Positions 62,230 through 64,000 of a stretch of 64,000 nt of DNA are shown in pieces. A model generated the notes under the pieces. The model worked only from the letters and a program-made list of their open reading frames with translations, did no database searches and had not been told where the DNA came from. The stretch spans positions 496,001 to 560,000 of the forward strand of contig JBBPEE010000035.1 in assembly GCA_039096935.1 (NCBI GenBank), in the 5' to 3' direction. A program made the translations under genes and the position numbers. Source of the DNA: Blastocystis sp. ATCC 50177/Nand II (Eukaryota). How positions within the stretch are numbered: the stretch's first letter is position 1; each line of letters begins with the position of its first letter.

Positions 62230-64000
62230 ATGGATTGGAATCAGCATCGAAGCATCATATCGAACTTCTTCCTGCGTTTGGTTTGCGGAAGCGAGTGAGG
62301 ATTAGGATCGTGCCTGGCTTCCTTCGAGTCTCTCGATTCCGAAGTGATCCAGTCCTTTCTGAACGAGGAAACGACGCAGGACAGACTGTTCTCATTCGTT
62401 ACAGGAGAAACGAGGGAGGTGGTGATTCAGCTGCACTCCGATAAGGAGAGTCGGTGGCGGAGGCAAACGATGATGCGTAGTCCAGGAGGGGATGAGTCCC
62501 CTGAGTATTCTGGACCTGTCGGAGCTGTCGCTCCCAATCCTCCAGTGCACACTATACCTCAATCGCTTCGGTGGATGCATGAGCACCGAATCCCGATTGG
62601 CCTCCCAGATCACGGTAGTCACGCTGACGGATCGCGATATTGCCGATTACGTGAGCGAAAGGTGGCGACAGTGATACAACATCACTCCATAGTGAACTTC
62701 CGGCGGGAGAGGAATACGACAATCAGGGAGTGAACCCGGTGGCGATTGTGCGCTCCTGCCTGCACAGCACATTGAACCCGCTGCTCAGCACGTTCCGGCG
62801 CAGCGAGAAGTCGGACAGCAGCGAATCATCGCTCTTCAAGCGCGTGGCGGACCTGGACATGGCGCTGGTGCATTACGAGCAGAACCTGGACATCCCGGAG
62901 GTGCACCTGACCTTCCCTCCCTTCCTGGTGGAGGCGGGCGAGAAGTGCCGCGCGGCGGGCCGGCTGCTGAGCTCTGCGGAGCTGGGGTGGGGCGAGAAGC
63001 CGTCGTCGGAGCTGCTGAACAGCCTGCTGCACCTGAAGGGGCAGTGGATGCGCGAGCTGCGCAAGCTGATGGAGCACCAGCGCGACCCGAACGGCGGGAC
63101 GACGCTGCAGGAGATCAACTACTGGAGCGTGCTGCGCGGGTCGCTGGAGCAGGTGGCGGCGACGCTGCAGGCGTACGAGGTGCAGGTGCTGTTCGCGGTG
63201 GTGCGGCAGAACAAGCTGGTGTCGGGCAACTCGCTGGAGATGGAGAAGAGCATGGAGGCGCGGCTGGAGAGCGTGGCGGGCAACGCGGAGCTGCTGGGCG
63301 GCGTGCCGATCAACGCGCTGCTGACGAGCACGGACCTGGCGGCGACGCGGGCGACCATCGCGCCGATCTTCACGCAGCTGAAGAAGCTGCGCAACTGCCC
63401 CGCGTACCCGATCGTGCGCATGGTGGACCTGGTGAACCTGATCAACAAGGACGTGCTGAACCAGTGTCTGTCGATCCTCTCCGGGCAGCGGCTGATGGAC
63501 TTTTCCTTCGCGCAGTTCACGCAGACGGTGAGCGAGGCATACGAGGTGTGCAAGGCGTGGGACGAGGAGAAGACCTCCATGTGGCACTTCCTGCGCGACC
63601 TGGGCACGCGCCGCAACGAGAAGTATACGCTGCGCTTCCTGGATGCGCTGGACCCGCTGAAGAAGCGACTGCTTGCCGTGGAGGGCTTCCGCAAGGCGCA
63701 CGAGCGCTACTGGGAGGGGCTGCAGGGCATCGCGGCGGCGCACGAGCAGGAGCGCGAGCTGCTGCGCGAGCTGGCGGGCGCCTACGACCGCTTCCGCGAG
63801 TTCAACGTGAGCGACCTGAGCAAGGGCGCGCAGGAGGAGTGGGCGGCGCTGACGAAGGCGTACGACGCGGACGTCGAGGTGGTGGACCAGAACCTGGTGA
63901 CGTCGCTGTGCGCGCAGCTGGAGGGCTCGCGGTCGACGCAGCAGACGTTCACGCTGTTCGGGCAGTACAACCGGCTCTTCTTCCGGCCGTGCATCCAGGG
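62230..64000 (+). CDS. Cytoplasmic dynein heavy chain, N-terminal tail (partial)
   Basis: KRVADLDMALVHYEQNLDIPEVHL, LLNSL..WMRELRKL..RDPNGGTTLQEINYW, PINALL and YPIVR. Frame is open to the window end. Confidence 0.87.

Overview
A compact, GC-rich eukaryotic nuclear region, inferred to be Blastocystis (an anaerobic stramenopile). The inference rests on ~30-nt introns, very short intergenic spacers and a TGTTTGTT 3'-end motif. I reconstructed about 26 protein-coding genes by manual splicing, several of them missing or fragmented in the ORF track (NDUFB7, SRP9, LSM5, a PDRG1/prefoldin-like gene, a bromodomain gene, dynein heavy chain), plus one tRNA-Asp. Main observations: (1) about nine genes appear to get their stop codon from polyadenylation, with an in-frame T exactly 5 nt before the motif; (2) convergent genes share back-to-back, often palindromic 3'-end motifs; (3) there are two very short U12-type AT-AC introns and several GC-AG introns; (4) an AT-rich tandem pair of MORN+LRR genes has one frame-preserving exon per C-terminal LRR and is bounded by short direct repeats and a possible inverted repeat; (5) methylmalonyl-CoA mutase is duplicated in inverted orientation with patchy identity; (6) a PC4-like ssDNA-binding protein has a presequence-like N-terminus; (7) a divergent Hsp70 carries an FPPPP-repeat tail. 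All gene identities come from recalled family motifs, not database searches. Gene starts and splice sites were deduced by hand.
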